A stretch of DNA of 64,000 nucleotides from Candidatus Methanomethylophilaceae archaeon (GTDB taxonomy: Archaea; Thermoplasmatota; Thermoplasmata; Methanomassiliicoccales; Methanomethylophilaceae), in the NCBI GenBank assembly GCA_050950505.1, contig JBMNHS010000001.1, forward strand, positions 160,001 through 224,000, read 5' to 3'. Shown one piece after another: positions 9,427-19,609 of this stretch. Both the position numbers and the translations under genes were made by a program. Positions within the stretch are counted from its first letter, which is position 1; the number at the start of each line of letters is the position of its first letter. A model generated the notes under the pieces. That model did no database searches. It was not told the DNA's origin and saw only the letters and a list, made by a program, of their open reading frames with translations.

Positions 9427-10958
9427 TCACTCCCGAAGAATCCTCTCATCAGGGGATTCATCTCCATCATCTGTTCGCGTCCCATGGACTCATAGAACTT
9501 AATCAGGATACCCACAGTCAGCAGGACACCGGTACCTCCGGCGTTTCCTGTGGTACCCAGCATGTCGGCGAAAGACGCCAACGCTCCGACCAAGGCACCC
9601 GAAAGGATGGTAATGGCCGGAATATATCTGTCCAGCACCCGCTTCAGAACCCTGGGATCCTTACGGAATCCGGGAATCTGCATACCGCTCTGCTGAATCT
9701 GTTTGGCAACGGCTTCCGATCCCAGATTGGTGGTTTCAACCCAGAACTTGGCGAAGAATATCGAACCCATGACCATTACCGTGAAGTAAATCGCCACTCT
9801 CGATATATTCTGTACCGCCCCGTACCCGTTGCCGTATGTTATCGGATCCAATATCGGCATCAGCCACGACGTCAGTCCCGTCGGTGCCGACAGGTACCAG
9901 GCCAGACCTCCGGCCGCCGTTGTGGATCCCGGTTCGAAATAACCTATCGCGGCATTATGTCCCAGGAAAGGTATTCCGCTGAAGAAATCGTTTGTGTACA
10001 GCAACAGTGTGATCATGCTGACGTTCGCCAGAACGGCGGACATCAGAATGACGGGTATGTTGCTTGCGTACAGCAATTTGATCGGGTATCTTCCCCTGGC
10101 ACCTCTGGCACTGCCGTGGGACAGGGGCAATTCTATGCGTGTGGATTCAAGATACGCCACGGAGAAGAATATCAGCAGTGTGCATAACAGCGCCACCACG
10201 GAGTTGGGTTCCCCGAGGAACATCCATTCGTAACCCCAGTTTGACATATCCGCCGAACTGCTGTTCGACAGAAGATAAATCGCGCGGGGAATCGTTCCCG
10301 CCGGCGGATTGCCGAGACCCACCGCCGCGCCGCCGTCAACGGGATTCCAGTTCAGGGTACCCGTGAATATCGCTTCCGCCACTCCGGCGGCGATAAACAA
10401 CGATATACCGCTGCCTATTCCCCATTTCGAAATCAGTTCGTCCATCAGGAATACGATGTAAGAACCGACGCAGAGCTGGGCTATGATGACCAGTTTGGCT
10501 CCTCCGCCCCCCACTTTGTCTATCAATCCCGATGAGGGAACCAGGTATCCGAATACCTGGGGTACGGCGGTTATCACGATCATGGCGATGACCAGCAGTT
10601 TGAGCACTGACTGGTAGCATGCCTTGTCGTCCTGTTTCGTAAGGTCGAGCTTTATTATTTTGGCGCCGACAAAGAGTTGCATTATGATGGAAGCGGTGAC
10701 TATCGGCCCGATACCCAACTGTAGAATGGTACCTGACGCACCGGCCATGATCGTCCTGTACTGGGCGAACATATCCATTGTGCTTCCCTGGTCCAAGCCG
10801 TAGATGTACACATTGGTCATCACGAAGTACAGCACCAGGACGACGATGACCCACATCATCTTCGTCCTGAAGTGTACATGCCCTTCCGGGCGCTGAACCG
10901 AAGGCAGCCTGTCTGATATAGGTCTCAGTTTGTGGAGCAGACTGGGTTTATCTTCCAT
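9423..10958 (-). CDS. secY: Preprotein translocase subunit SecY
   Basis: LGIGPIVTASII, KWGIGSGISLFI, YPIKLLYASNIP, IPGFR. Confidence 0.98.
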   Translation of the reverse strand: MEDKPSLLHKLRPISDRLPSVQRPEGHVHFRTKMMWVIVVLVLYFVMTNVYIYGLDQGSTMDMFAQYRTIMAGASGTILQLGIGPIVTASIIMQLFVGAKIIKLDLTKQDDKACYQSVLKLLVIAMIVITAVPQVFGYLVPSSGLIDKVGGGGAKLVIIAQLCVGSYIVFLMDELISKWGIGSGISLFIAAGVAEAIFTGTLNWNPVDGGAAVGLGNPPAGTIPRAIYLLSNSSSADMSNWGYEWMFLGEPNSVVALLCTLLIFFSVAYLESTRIELPLSHGSARGARGRYPIKLLYASNIPVILMSAVLANVSMITLLLYTNDFFSGIPFLGHNAAIGYFEPGSTTAAGGLAWYLSAPTGLTSWLMPILDPITYGNGYGAVQNISRVAIYFTVMVMGSIFFAKFWVETTNLGSEAVAKQIQQSGMQIPGFRKDPRVLKRVLDRYIPAITILSGALVGALASFADMLGTTGNAGGTGVLLTVGILIKFYESMGREQMMEMNPLMRGFFGSE

Positions 10959-10979
10959 CGGTCATCACTCATTCCGGTT

Positions 10980-11402
10980 TCATTCGGCTATGCTGCCGCC
11001 CGAAGCTTCGATCTTACCGCGGGCTTTTTCCGAGATCTGGGACACGGTGACCTTTACGGGCACGTCTATGTCTCCCCCTCCCAGAAGCTTGTCGATGCCT
11101 GCCTTGGTGAGGTCAACGGAATATCCGTTTCCTTCCTTCACGGCGAAGCCTTTGTCGACGAAGGCATCCAGGTTCTCCCGGAGTTCGGACACGTTTATGG
11201 TTATGTTGGCCTTGACTTGGCTCTGCGGTCTCTTGAAACCGTATCTGCCGAAGTGATCGGGGAAATACTTGAGCATTTTCATTTTTCCCGTCTTTCTCAG
11301 GCCGGCCATACCGCGACCGCCGGTTATACCCGAACCGCGGCCGGATTTGGTTCCGCGGCCGTGGGAGGTCGATCCTCTGAACTTCTTGGTTCTGCTTGGC
11401 AT
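10980..11402 (-). CDS. rpl15: 50S ribosomal protein uL15
   Basis: RGSTSHGRG, GGRGMAG, FGRYGF, KIEASGG. Confidence 0.96.
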   Translation of the reverse strand: MPSRTKKFRGSTSHGRGTKSGRGSGITGGRGMAGLRKTGKMKMLKYFPDHFGRYGFKRPQSQVKANITINVSELRENLDAFVDKGFAVKEGNGYSVDLTKAGIDKLLGGGDIDVPVKVTVSQISEKARGKIEASGGSIAE

Positions 11403-11411
11403 TTTTATCCC

Positions 11412-11876
11412 TCACAGCATCCTTCTGACGAGGATGTTGATATCTTCTCCTCTGTATCCGAGGGCACCGCCGGAAACGTAGGGGCGTTTGATTCCTTCGT
11501 ATCCTTTTATCGGCGGGTGAAGACGGAACAGGGGTTTGACGCCTTCGGCATCCCTCATCCTGTAGTCGTTCTCGATCATCGCTTTCGCCATTTCGTCGGC
11601 GTCGGCGAATTCGGTGTGTTCTTTGATGTACTCATCGGAGAGGTCGTCGCCTCCGGCAATTTTTCCGCGGCAGCGGATCATTTCGGCCAGAGTTTCGGCG
11701 TCCACTTCTCCCCAGGTGCAGTAATCCTTGATTAATTTCATCATTCCCTTGATGGAATCCGTTTCGGGAAGGATTACGCAGTGGTTGACTTTGTTGAGGC
11801 CGAGGAGATCCATGGTGTGCCTGATGTCACAGTTGACATCGGCCTGTCCGCGAACGCGTATTACTGCGTAAGCCAT
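11412..11876 (-). CDS. rpl30: 50S ribosomal protein uL30
   Basis: AVIRVRG, FRLHPP, GALGYRG. Confidence 0.95.
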   Translation of the reverse strand: MAYAVIRVRGQADVNCDIRHTMDLLGLNKVNHCVILPETDSIKGMMKLIKDYCTWGEVDAETLAEMIRCRGKIAGGDDLSDEYIKEHTEFADADEMAKAMIENDYRMRDAEGVKPLFRLHPPIKGYEGIKRPYVSGGALGYRGEDINILVRRML

Positions 11877-11877
11877 T

Positions 11878-12555
11878 TCACTCATCCTCCGTCATGACGG
11901 CATCCGGGTCCGAAAGACGGACCGGTCCGGAAACTATGTTGAGTTCCTTTGCCTGTTTGTCGGTGACCCTCATGGAAGCGGTCATCCTCAAAGCTTCGTA
12001 AGTGGCCATGGCGTAGTTGACTTTGGTTTTGGTCTTTCCTTTCGCGAAGCCCCACGCATCGTTGATGCCGGCCATCACAAGAAGACTTTTCGCAACATCG
12101 CCCACCGCGAGACCGATGCCTCTGGGTGCGGGTTTGATGAACACCGTCACCGAACCGGTGGATCCGGTTATGTTGAAGGGCAATGTGTGCGGGGTTCCGC
12201 AACCGCATTCCCAGGAACCGCATCCTCTCTTGATTTCGATGATGTTCAGTTTTGCGTTGTCGATGGCCTTCCTTATGGAAGGTCCCACCTCTTTCCCTTT
12301 GGCCCTGCCGATTCCGACAAACCCGTCGCCGTTGCCCACAATGCATGTGGCGGCGAATCTGACCCTTCTTCCGGAGTCGGTCATTCTCTGAACCATGTTC
12401 AGATCTATGACTTCATCTTTGAGGTCCGGGAGCAGAATGTCCACGATTTCGGGCTCACGGAGCGGCAGCCTCGTGTCGAGGGCTTCGCTCATGGTGGTGA
12501 TCTCGCCGTTGAGGACCATCTGTCCCAATCTTGTCTTCGGGATCCAATCAGCCAT
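11878..12555 (-). CDS. rps5: 30S ribosomal protein uS5
   Basis: [29 protein letters not shown]. Confidence 0.97.
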   Translation of the reverse strand: MADWIPKTRLGQMVLNGEITTMSEALDTRLPLREPEIVDILLPDLKDEVIDLNMVQRMTDSGRRVRFAATCIVGNGDGFVGIGRAKGKEVGPSIRKAIDNAKLNIIEIKRGCGSWECGCGTPHTLPFNITGSTGSVTVFIKPAPRGIGLAVGDVAKSLLVMAGINDAWGFAKGKTKTKVNYAMATYEALRMTASMRVTDKQAKELNIVSGPVRLSDPDAVMTEDE

Positions 12556-12557
12556 AA

Positions 12558-13058
12558 TTATTCAGCCTCCATTTTTTCTTTGAGGCTGCTTACCGCCGCC
12601 TCGATTTTTTCGTCTATGTGTTTACCGTTCAATCTGTCATCGGCGGGCCTTATGCCCTCGCCGTGAGGGATTTCAAGGCCGGCGTCGCACATACCCGCGA
12701 GCGCCGCAAACAGCACGCCCCCTTTCTTGGGGACCTGCATGCCTATGTCGAGCACGGCATACTCGATTCCTGCGGCCAAAGCTTTTTTGCCCGCAAGGTA
12801 ACCCGCAAGATATGCCGCGGGGATGGTGGAACAGGAATGTTCCCAACCCATCTTTTGAAGGTCCCGGGTTCCGGCGGTTGCCAGAATCCTGTCCCCTTCC
12901 ATGCCGAATTCGACAAACTGTATTGTTACGTTCTTGTTGGAGCGCCTGAGCACCGCCCTGGTTTCATGGCTCGCAAGGAGCCTGCGGCGGATGTAATAGT
13001 TCGTGCGCCCTTCCCTTCTTCTGCGGAAGGGTACTCTGTATCTGGGTCCTGTTGCCAT
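12558..13058 (-). CDS. rpl18: 50S ribosomal protein uL18
   Basis: [26 protein letters not shown]. Confidence 0.97.
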   Translation of the reverse strand: MATGPRYRVPFRRRREGRTNYYIRRRLLASHETRAVLRRSNKNVTIQFVEFGMEGDRILATAGTRDLQKMGWEHSCSTIPAAYLAGYLAGKKALAAGIEYAVLDIGMQVPKKGGVLFAALAGMCDAGLEIPHGEGIRPADDRLNGKHIDEKIEAAVSSLKEKMEAE

Positions 13059-13522
13059 CAGTTCTCCTCCTCCTTCAAATGTCCGGCGTTTATCATATGC
13101 TGCCTGAGGTTCCTGCGGGATCTGTACTGACCTCCCTTGGCCCTTCTGTAATACAGCCTGTAAGTCGCCGGGGTGATTTCACCTTCGTCCCTGAGGGTCT
13201 TGAGTTCGTCACGGATCGGTCTGATGACGGAAATCCAGCGGGTCTTGTCGCGGACGCGGGCGTTCGCGGTACCGGACCTGCTTCCGGGTCCCTTTCTCTT
13301 ACCGGAGGCTTTCTGTGCGGCGTTATGCCTTATTCTGCCTCTGGAGGTTCCCTGCTTGGGTTTCGCTTTGATAAGACCGGAATTGACGGCCGTCCTGATG
13401 TCGGAGCGGGTGATGCATTCCGCAACCTCCTCGAGCCTGTCAGGGTCCATCCAAACACGGTTTTCACCGCATTTGAGGACGTCGGCGGCCATTCTTCTCT
13501 GGTTGGTGAGATCGGTCATCAT
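13058..13522 (-). CDS. rpl19e: 50S ribosomal protein eL19
   Basis: QRRMAADVLKCGENRVWMDP, GPGSRSG, YRRAKGG. Confidence 0.97.
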   Translation of the reverse strand: MMTDLTNQRRMAADVLKCGENRVWMDPDRLEEVAECITRSDIRTAVNSGLIKAKPKQGTSRGRIRHNAAQKASGKRKGPGSRSGTANARVRDKTRWISVIRPIRDELKTLRDEGEITPATYRLYYRRAKGGQYRSRRNLRQHMINAGHLKEEEN

Positions 13523-14190
13523 TCCACCATCCTGTTGAGGATTCTTATGCCGAGTTCGTCGGCCCGGTCCTCGATGGCTATTCTTTTTCTCGTTCCCACG
13601 GTGGCTCCGATGCGTATCGCCTCCGCCTTGGGATCGATGTTCTCGAGACCTTTCTCGTTGTGCACAAGCACCTCACGGAATCCGGAGGGGTGCAAATCCC
13701 TTACGGACGCGGGTCCGCGGAATCCGACGCTGACCGCGGGGGGGCGTCTTTTGAGACCCCTTCTCAGACTTGAGTGGGTTCCCCTGGGCTTTCTCCAACT
13801 GGTTCCGATTCTGGAGAACCTGAACCAGTCCTGTCTCTTGAAAGCGGGTCTGCGTCCGCTGATGATTGCTCTCTTGGCGAGGGCGTCGGCGGATTCGTCA
13901 TCGAGTTCGGGCTTGAGTTTCACCACGTATCCCGCGGAGTCCCCGGCCTCGGTGATGACGGGCTCCACGACCGTATCTTCCTCAACCTCTTCGGGGGCCC
14001 CTGCGGCAGCCTTCCATTTCTCGGCTGTTTTGGGTCCGATTCCCGAAACGTTCTTGATTATTTCTTTGAATTTGCCTTCGTCATTGAGTGCTTCCGCGAG
14101 CTCGGCCATGGTTGTGATTCCCATTTCTTTGAGTTCCGCGGTGTTGCGCTCTTTGAAACCGGGAAGGTCACTGAATTTCTTCACGGTCAT
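13519..14190 (-). CDS. rpl32e: 50S ribosomal protein eL32 with N-terminal HhH-like extension
   Basis: C-terminal FKRQDW..WRKPRG..LHPSG; N-terminal SGIGPKTAEK helix-hairpin-helix. Confidence 0.93.
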   Translation of the reverse strand: MTVKKFSDLPGFKERNTAELKEMGITTMAELAEALNDEGKFKEIIKNVSGIGPKTAEKWKAAAGAPEEVEEDTVVEPVITEAGDSAGYVVKLKPELDDESADALAKRAIISGRRPAFKRQDWFRFSRIGTSWRKPRGTHSSLRRGLKRRPPAVSVGFRGPASVRDLHPSGFREVLVHNEKGLENIDPKAEAIRIGATVGTRKRIAIEDRADELGIRILNRMVE

Positions 14191-14191
14191 C

Positions 14192-14740
14192 TCATTTCAC
14201 CTTGTGTGATTTGTGGACGATGTAAATACCGTCCTGGAATGTTCTCTCGTCGAATCCGAGCCTCTTGGTCGCCTTTTCGATGTTCGCCGCGGTCTGACCG
14301 CAGGCCTCGATGTCGATGCCTTCTACGGTCACGTCCGCGCCGTTGACTTTGACGGTGCATCCGCGAACGATGTTCGCGTAACGCTTCGCGTGGCCTCCGA
14401 GATAGTTGCTCACTTCGACTTTGTCACCGACAACGGCGACTTTCATCGGGAAGTGTGAGTAGACTGTCTTGAGTCCGTAAGTGTAACCTTCCGTCACGCC
14501 TATCACCATGTTTCTCACATGGGCGGCGAAGGTGCCGTTCATCGCTTTCTCCTTCATTTTGGGGTACTCGCAACTTATTACGACTTCTTCTCCTTTGACG
14601 GCAATCTTCACGCGAGGGTGTGCGAAGTTTCTGCTCAATTCCCCCTTGGGTCCTTTGACCGTAAGGACGTCGTCATTCTGAATGACGGTTACGCCCTCGG
14701 GGACGGCGATGGTGCTTTCGATTATCCCTGCCAATACCAT
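14192..14740 (-). CDS. rpl6: 50S ribosomal protein uL6
   Basis: VKGPKGEL, YSHFPM, GQTAANIE, FQDGIYI. Confidence 0.97.
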   Translation of the reverse strand: MVLAGIIESTIAVPEGVTVIQNDDVLTVKGPKGELSRNFAHPRVKIAVKGEEVVISCEYPKMKEKAMNGTFAAHVRNMVIGVTEGYTYGLKTVYSHFPMKVAVVGDKVEVSNYLGGHAKRYANIVRGCTVKVNGADVTVEGIDIEACGQTAANIEKATKRLGFDERTFQDGIYIVHKSHKVK

Positions 14741-14749
14741 TTTTATTCC

Positions 14750-15139
14750 TCAATATACATATGCCAGCAGTTTCCCGCCGATTCCGAGCTCCTTGGCCCG
14801 GTCCTGGGTGATCACGCCGGCAGTGGTGGTCAAAATAAGGAGACCGAAGTCCTGGGCGGGGAGATACCTCGCTTCGAACTTTTCGATGTCGCCGGTCTTG
14901 ACCGCGTACCTGGGCTTTATCACGCCACAGTTGTTTATCGCGCCTTTGAGCATCACGCGGAACTCTCCGGCCTTTCCGTTTTCAACGTACTCGAATTGGT
15001 TTATGTACCCGTGGTCCTGCATAACCTTCAGCACTCTGCCGATAAGTTTGGAGGACAGCGAAATGGTACATTCCTTCTTTCCGCTCAAAGCTGCATTTTT
15101 CATTACGCACATGGCGTCATTAAGTGGATCGCTTTGCAT
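14750..15139 (-). CDS. rps8: 30S ribosomal protein uS8
   Basis: DPLNDA, CGVIKPR, GGKLLAYVY. Confidence 0.97.
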   Translation of the reverse strand: MQSDPLNDAMCVMKNAALSGKKECTISLSSKLIGRVLKVMQDHGYINQFEYVENGKAGEFRVMLKGAINNCGVIKPRYAVKTGDIEKFEARYLPAQDFGLLILTTTAGVITQDRAKELGIGGKLLAYVY

Positions 15140-15149
15140 TTAGTTCACC

Positions 15150-15296
15150 TCACGAATATTTCTTGAACCCAAGTTCAGGTGCGAGGTCCCTGAAACACTG
15201 TCTGCAAAGACGTATTCCATACCTTCTGATTACTCCTCTCTTGCGTCCGCAGCGTGTGCATCCGACGGATCTTCCGAATTGTTTTTCAGGTTTCAT
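15150..15296 (-). CDS. rps14: 30S ribosomal protein uS14 (48 aa, not in the ORF track)
   Basis: Manual translation [48 protein letters not shown]; lies between uL5 and uS8. Confidence 0.95.
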   Translation of the reverse strand: MKPEKQFGRSVGCTRCGRKRGVIRRYGIRLCRQCFRDLAPELGFKKYS

Positions 15297-15802
15297 TCTA
15301 TCACCTCGATTCCGTATGTATCAGACATGAACCGAATTGCTTCATCACGTTTCACGCGCTGTCTGGTGGGTATCTTCTTTGTGAGGAGTCTCCTGTATTC
15401 GATTCTGCTTCCGAATCTTCTGAGAACAACGTTCACGTCCATTCCGAAGATTCCGATTTCGGGATCGTATTTCATGCCTTCGAAGTCCGTGTAGTCGGGA
15501 ATTCCGAAGGACATGTTGCCTTCCTGGTCAAAAGAGTACTCCATGATGCGGCCTTCCCTGATGGTCAGAGCCTTTCTGAGGAACTCGTCGGCACTCTGTC
15601 CCCTGAGGGTGACTTTGCATCCGATGGGCATGCCTATGCGTATTCCCAAGTCCCTGTTGATTGTCTTGGATACCGTCTGTATCGGCTTCTGTCCGGTGAC
15701 CATCTCGACGACCTTTTCGGCCTTGACGAGTCTTTCTCCGGCTTCTCCGACACCTACGTTGACGACGATTTTATCGACTTTGAGAGTTTTGGTGCCGGTC
15801 AT
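15293..15802 (-). CDS. rpl5: 50S ribosomal protein uL5
   Basis: [30 protein letters not shown]. Confidence 0.97.
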   Translation of the reverse strand: MTGTKTLKVDKIVVNVGVGEAGERLVKAEKVVEMVTGQKPIQTVSKTINRDLGIRIGMPIGCKVTLRGQSADEFLRKALTIREGRIMEYSFDQEGNMSFGIPDYTDFEGMKYDPEIGIFGMDVNVVLRRFGSRIEYRRLLTKKIPTRQRVKRDEAIRFMSDTYGIEVIE

Positions 15803-16506
15803 TCTGTCGCCTCCGGTATGGTTATGGCCGCGGATGAACCGCCGATGATGAACACGTTCTTCTTGACGGTTTCGGTGCCGCTCTGGAATCTGACCATGTT
15901 GGCTCCGCTGCCCACGGTGGTGACGTATTCCAAAACGGTTGCCGTCTTGCCCGCGTGGTTACCCTCGATGATCAAGGCCGTTGCGCCCTCGGCGAGTGCG
16001 TAATGGTCCATGATTTTGTTCTCGGCGAAGTTGAGTTTGACCGTATCGCCGGTTTTGTAATCGTTCTTGTCCGAAAGGACATTCCTGCCGCCGGAGAGTT
16101 GAATCTGGAATTTGCCGCCTTTGACGATGGACTTTCCTTCGACCCTGCAAAGGGTCCATTCGGACTGGTCTGCGTCTATTTTCAATGCGGTGAGTTTTCC
16201 TTTGTCCGTCAGGAGAATGCGGTAGTGCATATCCATCTTGGGGATGGAAACCACGTCCATCAGTCCGATGGGCGTGTTGGGGTGTTTGACCGGCACTCCG
16301 CCGACCAGCACCTCACGGTTGCCTATGATTCTCTTGGCCTCCCTCGCGGTGTCACATACCCCGATTACGTCCCTGAGGACGACGGTCGCGGGCATAGCGC
16401 TCTCCACGGAGTGTGCTCCGGGAGAGGGTTTGGCGATCCATACGCTGGCCTTCTTCTTGATGGGCCAGGCTCTGGGTGCCGCCAATCTTTTCATGTGGTC
16501 GCTCAT
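15799..16506 (-). CDS. rps4e: 30S ribosomal protein eS4
   Basis: HMKRLAAPRAW, PSPGAHS, GLMDV, GNHAG. Confidence 0.96.
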   Translation of the reverse strand: MSDHMKRLAAPRAWPIKKKASVWIAKPSPGAHSVESAMPATVVLRDVIGVCDTAREAKRIIGNREVLVGGVPVKHPNTPIGLMDVVSIPKMDMHYRILLTDKGKLTALKIDADQSEWTLCRVEGKSIVKGGKFQIQLSGGRNVLSDKNDYKTGDTVKLNFAENKIMDHYALAEGATALIIEGNHAGKTATVLEYVTTVGSGANMVRFQSGTETVKKNVFIIGGSSAAITIPEATE

Positions 16507-16880
16507 TGTTTAGCCTCCTTCTTGCTGTTCAGGGCGTCCATTCTCCAAGGGTCTTCTTCGTTGAGTTTCACAACGACGAGGTTGGAGGCATGGATGGGGC
16601 GCTCCGTGGAGGACCCGTCCGCCTGTTCTATTGTTATTCCTTCAATGGATACCCGGCCGGTTTTGGTGTAAACTTCCAAAACCTTTCCTTCGAATCCGCA
16701 GATGTCTTCGTTGCCCCGGAGCACCACGACGGAGTCTCCCTTGCATACCCTCACGCTGCGGACCCCGTATTTTTCGCGGAGTTCCTCACTGAGGTGGGAA
16801 GACATCGTCTTGCTCTTCTTGTGGGCAGGGGCGTTTGCCTGCGACTTCCTCTGTACCCTTGCTTTGCTACTTTTTGCCAT
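16503..16880 (-). CDS. rpl24: 50S ribosomal protein uL24
   Basis: LSEELREKYGVRS, KGDSVVVLRG (KOW), IHASN. Confidence 0.96.
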   Translation of the reverse strand: MAKSSKARVQRKSQANAPAHKKSKTMSSHLSEELREKYGVRSVRVCKGDSVVVLRGNEDICGFEGKVLEVYTKTGRVSIEGITIEQADGSSTERPIHASNLVVVKLNEEDPWRMDALNSKKEAKQ

Positions 16881-16890
16881 AACTTTCACC

Positions 16891-17289
16891 TCATACGATC
16901 ATGTTGGCGGTAGCGGATACACGGGGCCATCTCTCAGCGGCCTCTCTGGCCACCGGTCCTTTGATATCGGTACCTCTGGTTTCTCCGGTTTCGGTCGTTA
17001 TGACCGCGGCGTTGTCCTCGAAGGATATCATCGTGCCGTCGGCACGTCTCATTGCGCGCTTCTGGCGTACGATCACCGCGTACACAATCTGTCTCCTCAT
17101 CTGGGGAGTGCCTTTTTTGACCGAAGCCATGACCATGTCCCCAACACCCGCCGCCGGAAGTCTTCTGGCGACGCCGTGGTATCGGGGCACGGAGATGATC
17201 TCAATCACTCTGGCACCGGAGTTGTCAATTACGTTCAGGCGGGAGCCCGTGATAAGTCCGTTGGTTTGTTTTCCTGCGATTCCTTTCAT
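16891..17289 (-). CDS. rpl14: 50S ribosomal protein uL14
   Basis: DNSGAR, SVKKG, FEDNAAV, GPVAREAAERW. Confidence 0.97.
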   Translation of the reverse strand: MKGIAGKQTNGLITGSRLNVIDNSGARVIEIISVPRYHGVARRLPAAGVGDMVMASVKKGTPQMRRQIVYAVIVRQKRAMRRADGTMISFEDNAAVITTETGETRGTDIKGPVAREAAERWPRVSATANMIV

Positions 17290-17294
17290 CAGGC

Positions 17295-17621
17295 TCACTC
17301 CTTCTTGGCTATGACCGCAAAGGATACGGTTTTGGAAATAGGGCGGCACTCCATTATGGTCACCTCATCGCCCGCTTTCACGTTCATGCAGGGCGCCAGG
17401 TGGGCGGAGTAACGTTTGGTCCTCTTTTCGTATCTTTCGTATTTGCCGTCATATTTTGTAAGTGTGCGTTCTACAACGGCGGTTTTGTCCATCCTGACGG
17501 ATGCGACGGTGCCGTTGATCGTCTGCCCCCTGACCGGTAATGTGCCGTGGAACGGGCACATAGGGTCAGTGCACTCGGCCTCAGGGGGCTTTACATCGAT
17601 TCCAATGTTTCTGGCTGTCAT
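17295..17621 (-). CDS. rps17: 30S ribosomal protein uS17
   Basis: CPFHGTLPVRG, KYERYEKR, ECRPISKT. Confidence 0.97.
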   Translation of the reverse strand: MTARNIGIDVKPPEAECTDPMCPFHGTLPVRGQTINGTVASVRMDKTAVVERTLTKYDGKYERYEKRTKRYSAHLAPCMNVKAGDEVTIMECRPISKTVSFAVIAKKE

Positions 17622-17626
17622 AATAT

Positions 17627-17881
17627 TCACCTTATTTTTTTGATTCTGTCCTCAGGCCTGAAGAGAATTTCCGACCCTTCAAGGTCGATATTCCCTTTAC
17701 CCATGACGAATCTGAACACATTGCCTGGCTTGGGTACCATTTTCTCAGTTCCGGCCGATTCTATGGTGAACGTGTTTTTGGTCTCATCGACCACTTTACC
17801 GGAAATTCCCGAGTATGGTGCAGACAGCACTTCCACGTCCAATCCAATGAGTTCAGTTCTCATGAGTTCCGCCTTCTTCAT
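17627..17881 (-). CDS. rnp1: Ribonuclease P protein component 1 (Rpp29/POP4)
   Basis: ELIGL, GKVVDETKNT, RPEDRIK; canonical position. Confidence 0.93.
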   Translation of the reverse strand: MKKAELMRTELIGLDVEVLSAPYSGISGKVVDETKNTFTIESAGTEKMVPKPGNVFRFVMGKGNIDLEGSEILFRPEDRIKKIR

Positions 17882-18181
17882 TCATCTGACTTCCGTTGTG
17901 AATCCCATCTCCTCGAGGGTGGCTTTCACTTTGCGTTTGTGATCTCCCTGAAGTTCGATGCGTCCGTCTTTGTAGGTTCCGCCGGCGGCGCATTTGTTCT
18001 TCAGCTGTTTTGCCAAGTCTGCGATGTTGATGTCGTTTTCATCAATGCCGTCTATGACGGTGACCATCTTCCCGTACCTACGGGTGTCGACAGATATTCT
18101 GACGCTCTGCTGACCACGTGCGATTTCCTCGCACATGCACAGTTCGTCCGGAAGTCCGCAAACAGGACAGATTCCGCCCAT
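17882..18181 (-). CDS. sui1: SUI1 family translation initiation factor (aIF1)
   Basis: CPVCGLPDELC, RRYGK, CAAGGT, IELQGDH. Confidence 0.94.
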   Translation of the reverse strand: MGGICPVCGLPDELCMCEEIARGQQSVRISVDTRRYGKMVTVIDGIDENDINIADLAKQLKNKCAAGGTYKDGRIELQGDHKRKVKATLEEMGFTTEVR

Positions 18182-18387
18182 CAGTTATCTTCCTCCTCCT
18201 TCTGGATGGTGAGAATCCGGGCGATGTTTGTTCTTATGGCGCGGATGGCGCCGGGGCTGGTGGGGGCTCCGCCGGTGGCGGCAACTCCCCTCTCGTGCAT
18301 GAGCTCGTCCCTGAGCTCTTTGAGCTTCTGGTTGCGCTCTTCCGCGGTCATGTCCCTGATTTCGGAAGCTCTGAGGGATGCCATCAC
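18181..18387 (-). CDS. rpl29: 50S ribosomal protein uL29
   Basis: LRASEIRDMT, IRTNIARILT. Confidence 0.95.
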   Translation of the reverse strand: MMASLRASEIRDMTAEERNQKLKELRDELMHERGVAATGGAPTSPGAIRAIRTNIARILTIQKEEEDN

Positions 18388-19148
18388 TGTGCCTCCCCGT
18401 CGGCGGTTTCGGCCGTTTCGGCGACTTCTTCCGCAGGTTCTTTGACTGCTTCTTCAACGGCGGGCTCTTCGGTGATGGTTTCGACCGTCTCTTCGGCTTC
18501 GAAGACTTCCTCTTTCGGAGCGAAGAGATCGGGGAATTTGCCCGACGCTTCGGTCTTGCCGAGAACGCCGATGTCCGTGGGCAGCTTGGAATCGCGGTCC
18601 ATTATCTCGACGGTGACGCCGATTACACCCATCTTGAGTTTCGCCACCGCGAAACCGCGGGTGATGAACTCCTCGCTGGGTTCGCCGCAGAACTTGATGT
18701 GGCCTTCCTTGAACTTCTCGGTCCTGTGTCTCTGACCGGTGAGTTTTCCGGCAAGGATGATGTGACAGCCGCGGGCGCCGGATTCCATGATCCTGCGCAC
18801 GGTGGAGTGTCCCGCCCTGCGGAAGTGCCATCCCCTTTCAAGGGAGAACGCCAGCTTTTCAGCCATAATCTGGGCGTTGAGGTTTGCGTTTTCGACCTCG
18901 ACGACCTCGATCTGGGGGTTTTCAAAGTTGAAATCGTTCTTTATGGCGTTGGTGAGGTTCTTGATGGTCTGTCCTCTCGGACCGATGACCAGTCCGGGCC
19001 TCTCCGTGATCAGCTCAACGTGGGTTCCGTTGGGCCTTCTCTGCACCTGCAGTCCTCCGAAACCTGCACGGCTTACCTCTTTCATGAGGTACTCCTTCAG
19101 AAGTACCCTGCGAATGTTCTCGGAGACGAACTTTCTTTCAGATGCCAT
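18384..19148 (-). CDS. rps3: 30S ribosomal protein uS3
   Basis: RAGFGG, RPGLVIGPRG (KH), LERGWHFRRAG; acidic tail. Confidence 0.97.
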   Translation of the reverse strand: MASERKFVSENIRRVLLKEYLMKEVSRAGFGGLQVQRRPNGTHVELITERPGLVIGPRGQTIKNLTNAIKNDFNFENPQIEVVEVENANLNAQIMAEKLAFSLERGWHFRRAGHSTVRRIMESGARGCHIILAGKLTGQRHRTEKFKEGHIKFCGEPSEEFITRGFAVAKLKMGVIGVTVEIMDRDSKLPTDIGVLGKTEASGKFPDLFAPKEEVFEAEETVETITEEPAVEEAVKEPAEEVAETAETADGEAQ

Positions 19149-19149
19149 T

Positions 19150-19599
19150 TCACTCCACCTCTTCTATTATTACTTCTATGTTGACGGTTTCCTGGTTCCA
19201 AGGGGTGGCTCTTCCCTGAGCCCTCGGCATGTGACCGGGAATGACCGCGCCTCTGGAAACCGAAATCGTGGAGATGACCATGCTTTCCACGTTCAATCCC
19301 TTGTATTCGGCGTTGGACATGGCGCTTTCCAAAACGGAAAGGACTGCCTTTGCCGCCTTTACGGGGTATCTTCCGGGGCCGACACCGGCTTTGTGGGATA
19401 CGCGTTTGTTGTATCTCTTCAAAGGAACGGGTCTCTTTTGCTCCATGACTTCTTCCAGCATTATTGCCGCAACTTCAACTTTCTTTCCGCGGATCATGCC
19501 GACGACTTCCCTTGCGAATTTGGGGGAAACGGGCATATCCCTGCCGACTGCTTTTGCGGAGATGTCGGGGTCTGAATCCATTGTATATCCTGAAAACAT
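19150..19599 (-). CDS. rpl22: 50S ribosomal protein uL22
   Basis: VSPKFARE, GRYPVKAA, PRAQGRA. Confidence 0.96.
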   Translation of the reverse strand: MFSGYTMDSDPDISAKAVGRDMPVSPKFAREVVGMIRGKKVEVAAIMLEEVMEQKRPVPLKRYNKRVSHKAGVGPGRYPVKAAKAVLSVLESAMSNAEYKGLNVESMVISTISVSRGAVIPGHMPRAQGRATPWNQETVNIEVIIEEVE

Positions 19600-19609
19600 A
19601 CCTTACACC

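Noticed and set aside
13052-14209. Long plus-strand ORFs opposite genes (13052-14209, 1666-2601, 19241-20134, 42600-43601 and others)
   Set aside because: Antisense shadows of well-recognised genes, with no motifs of their own
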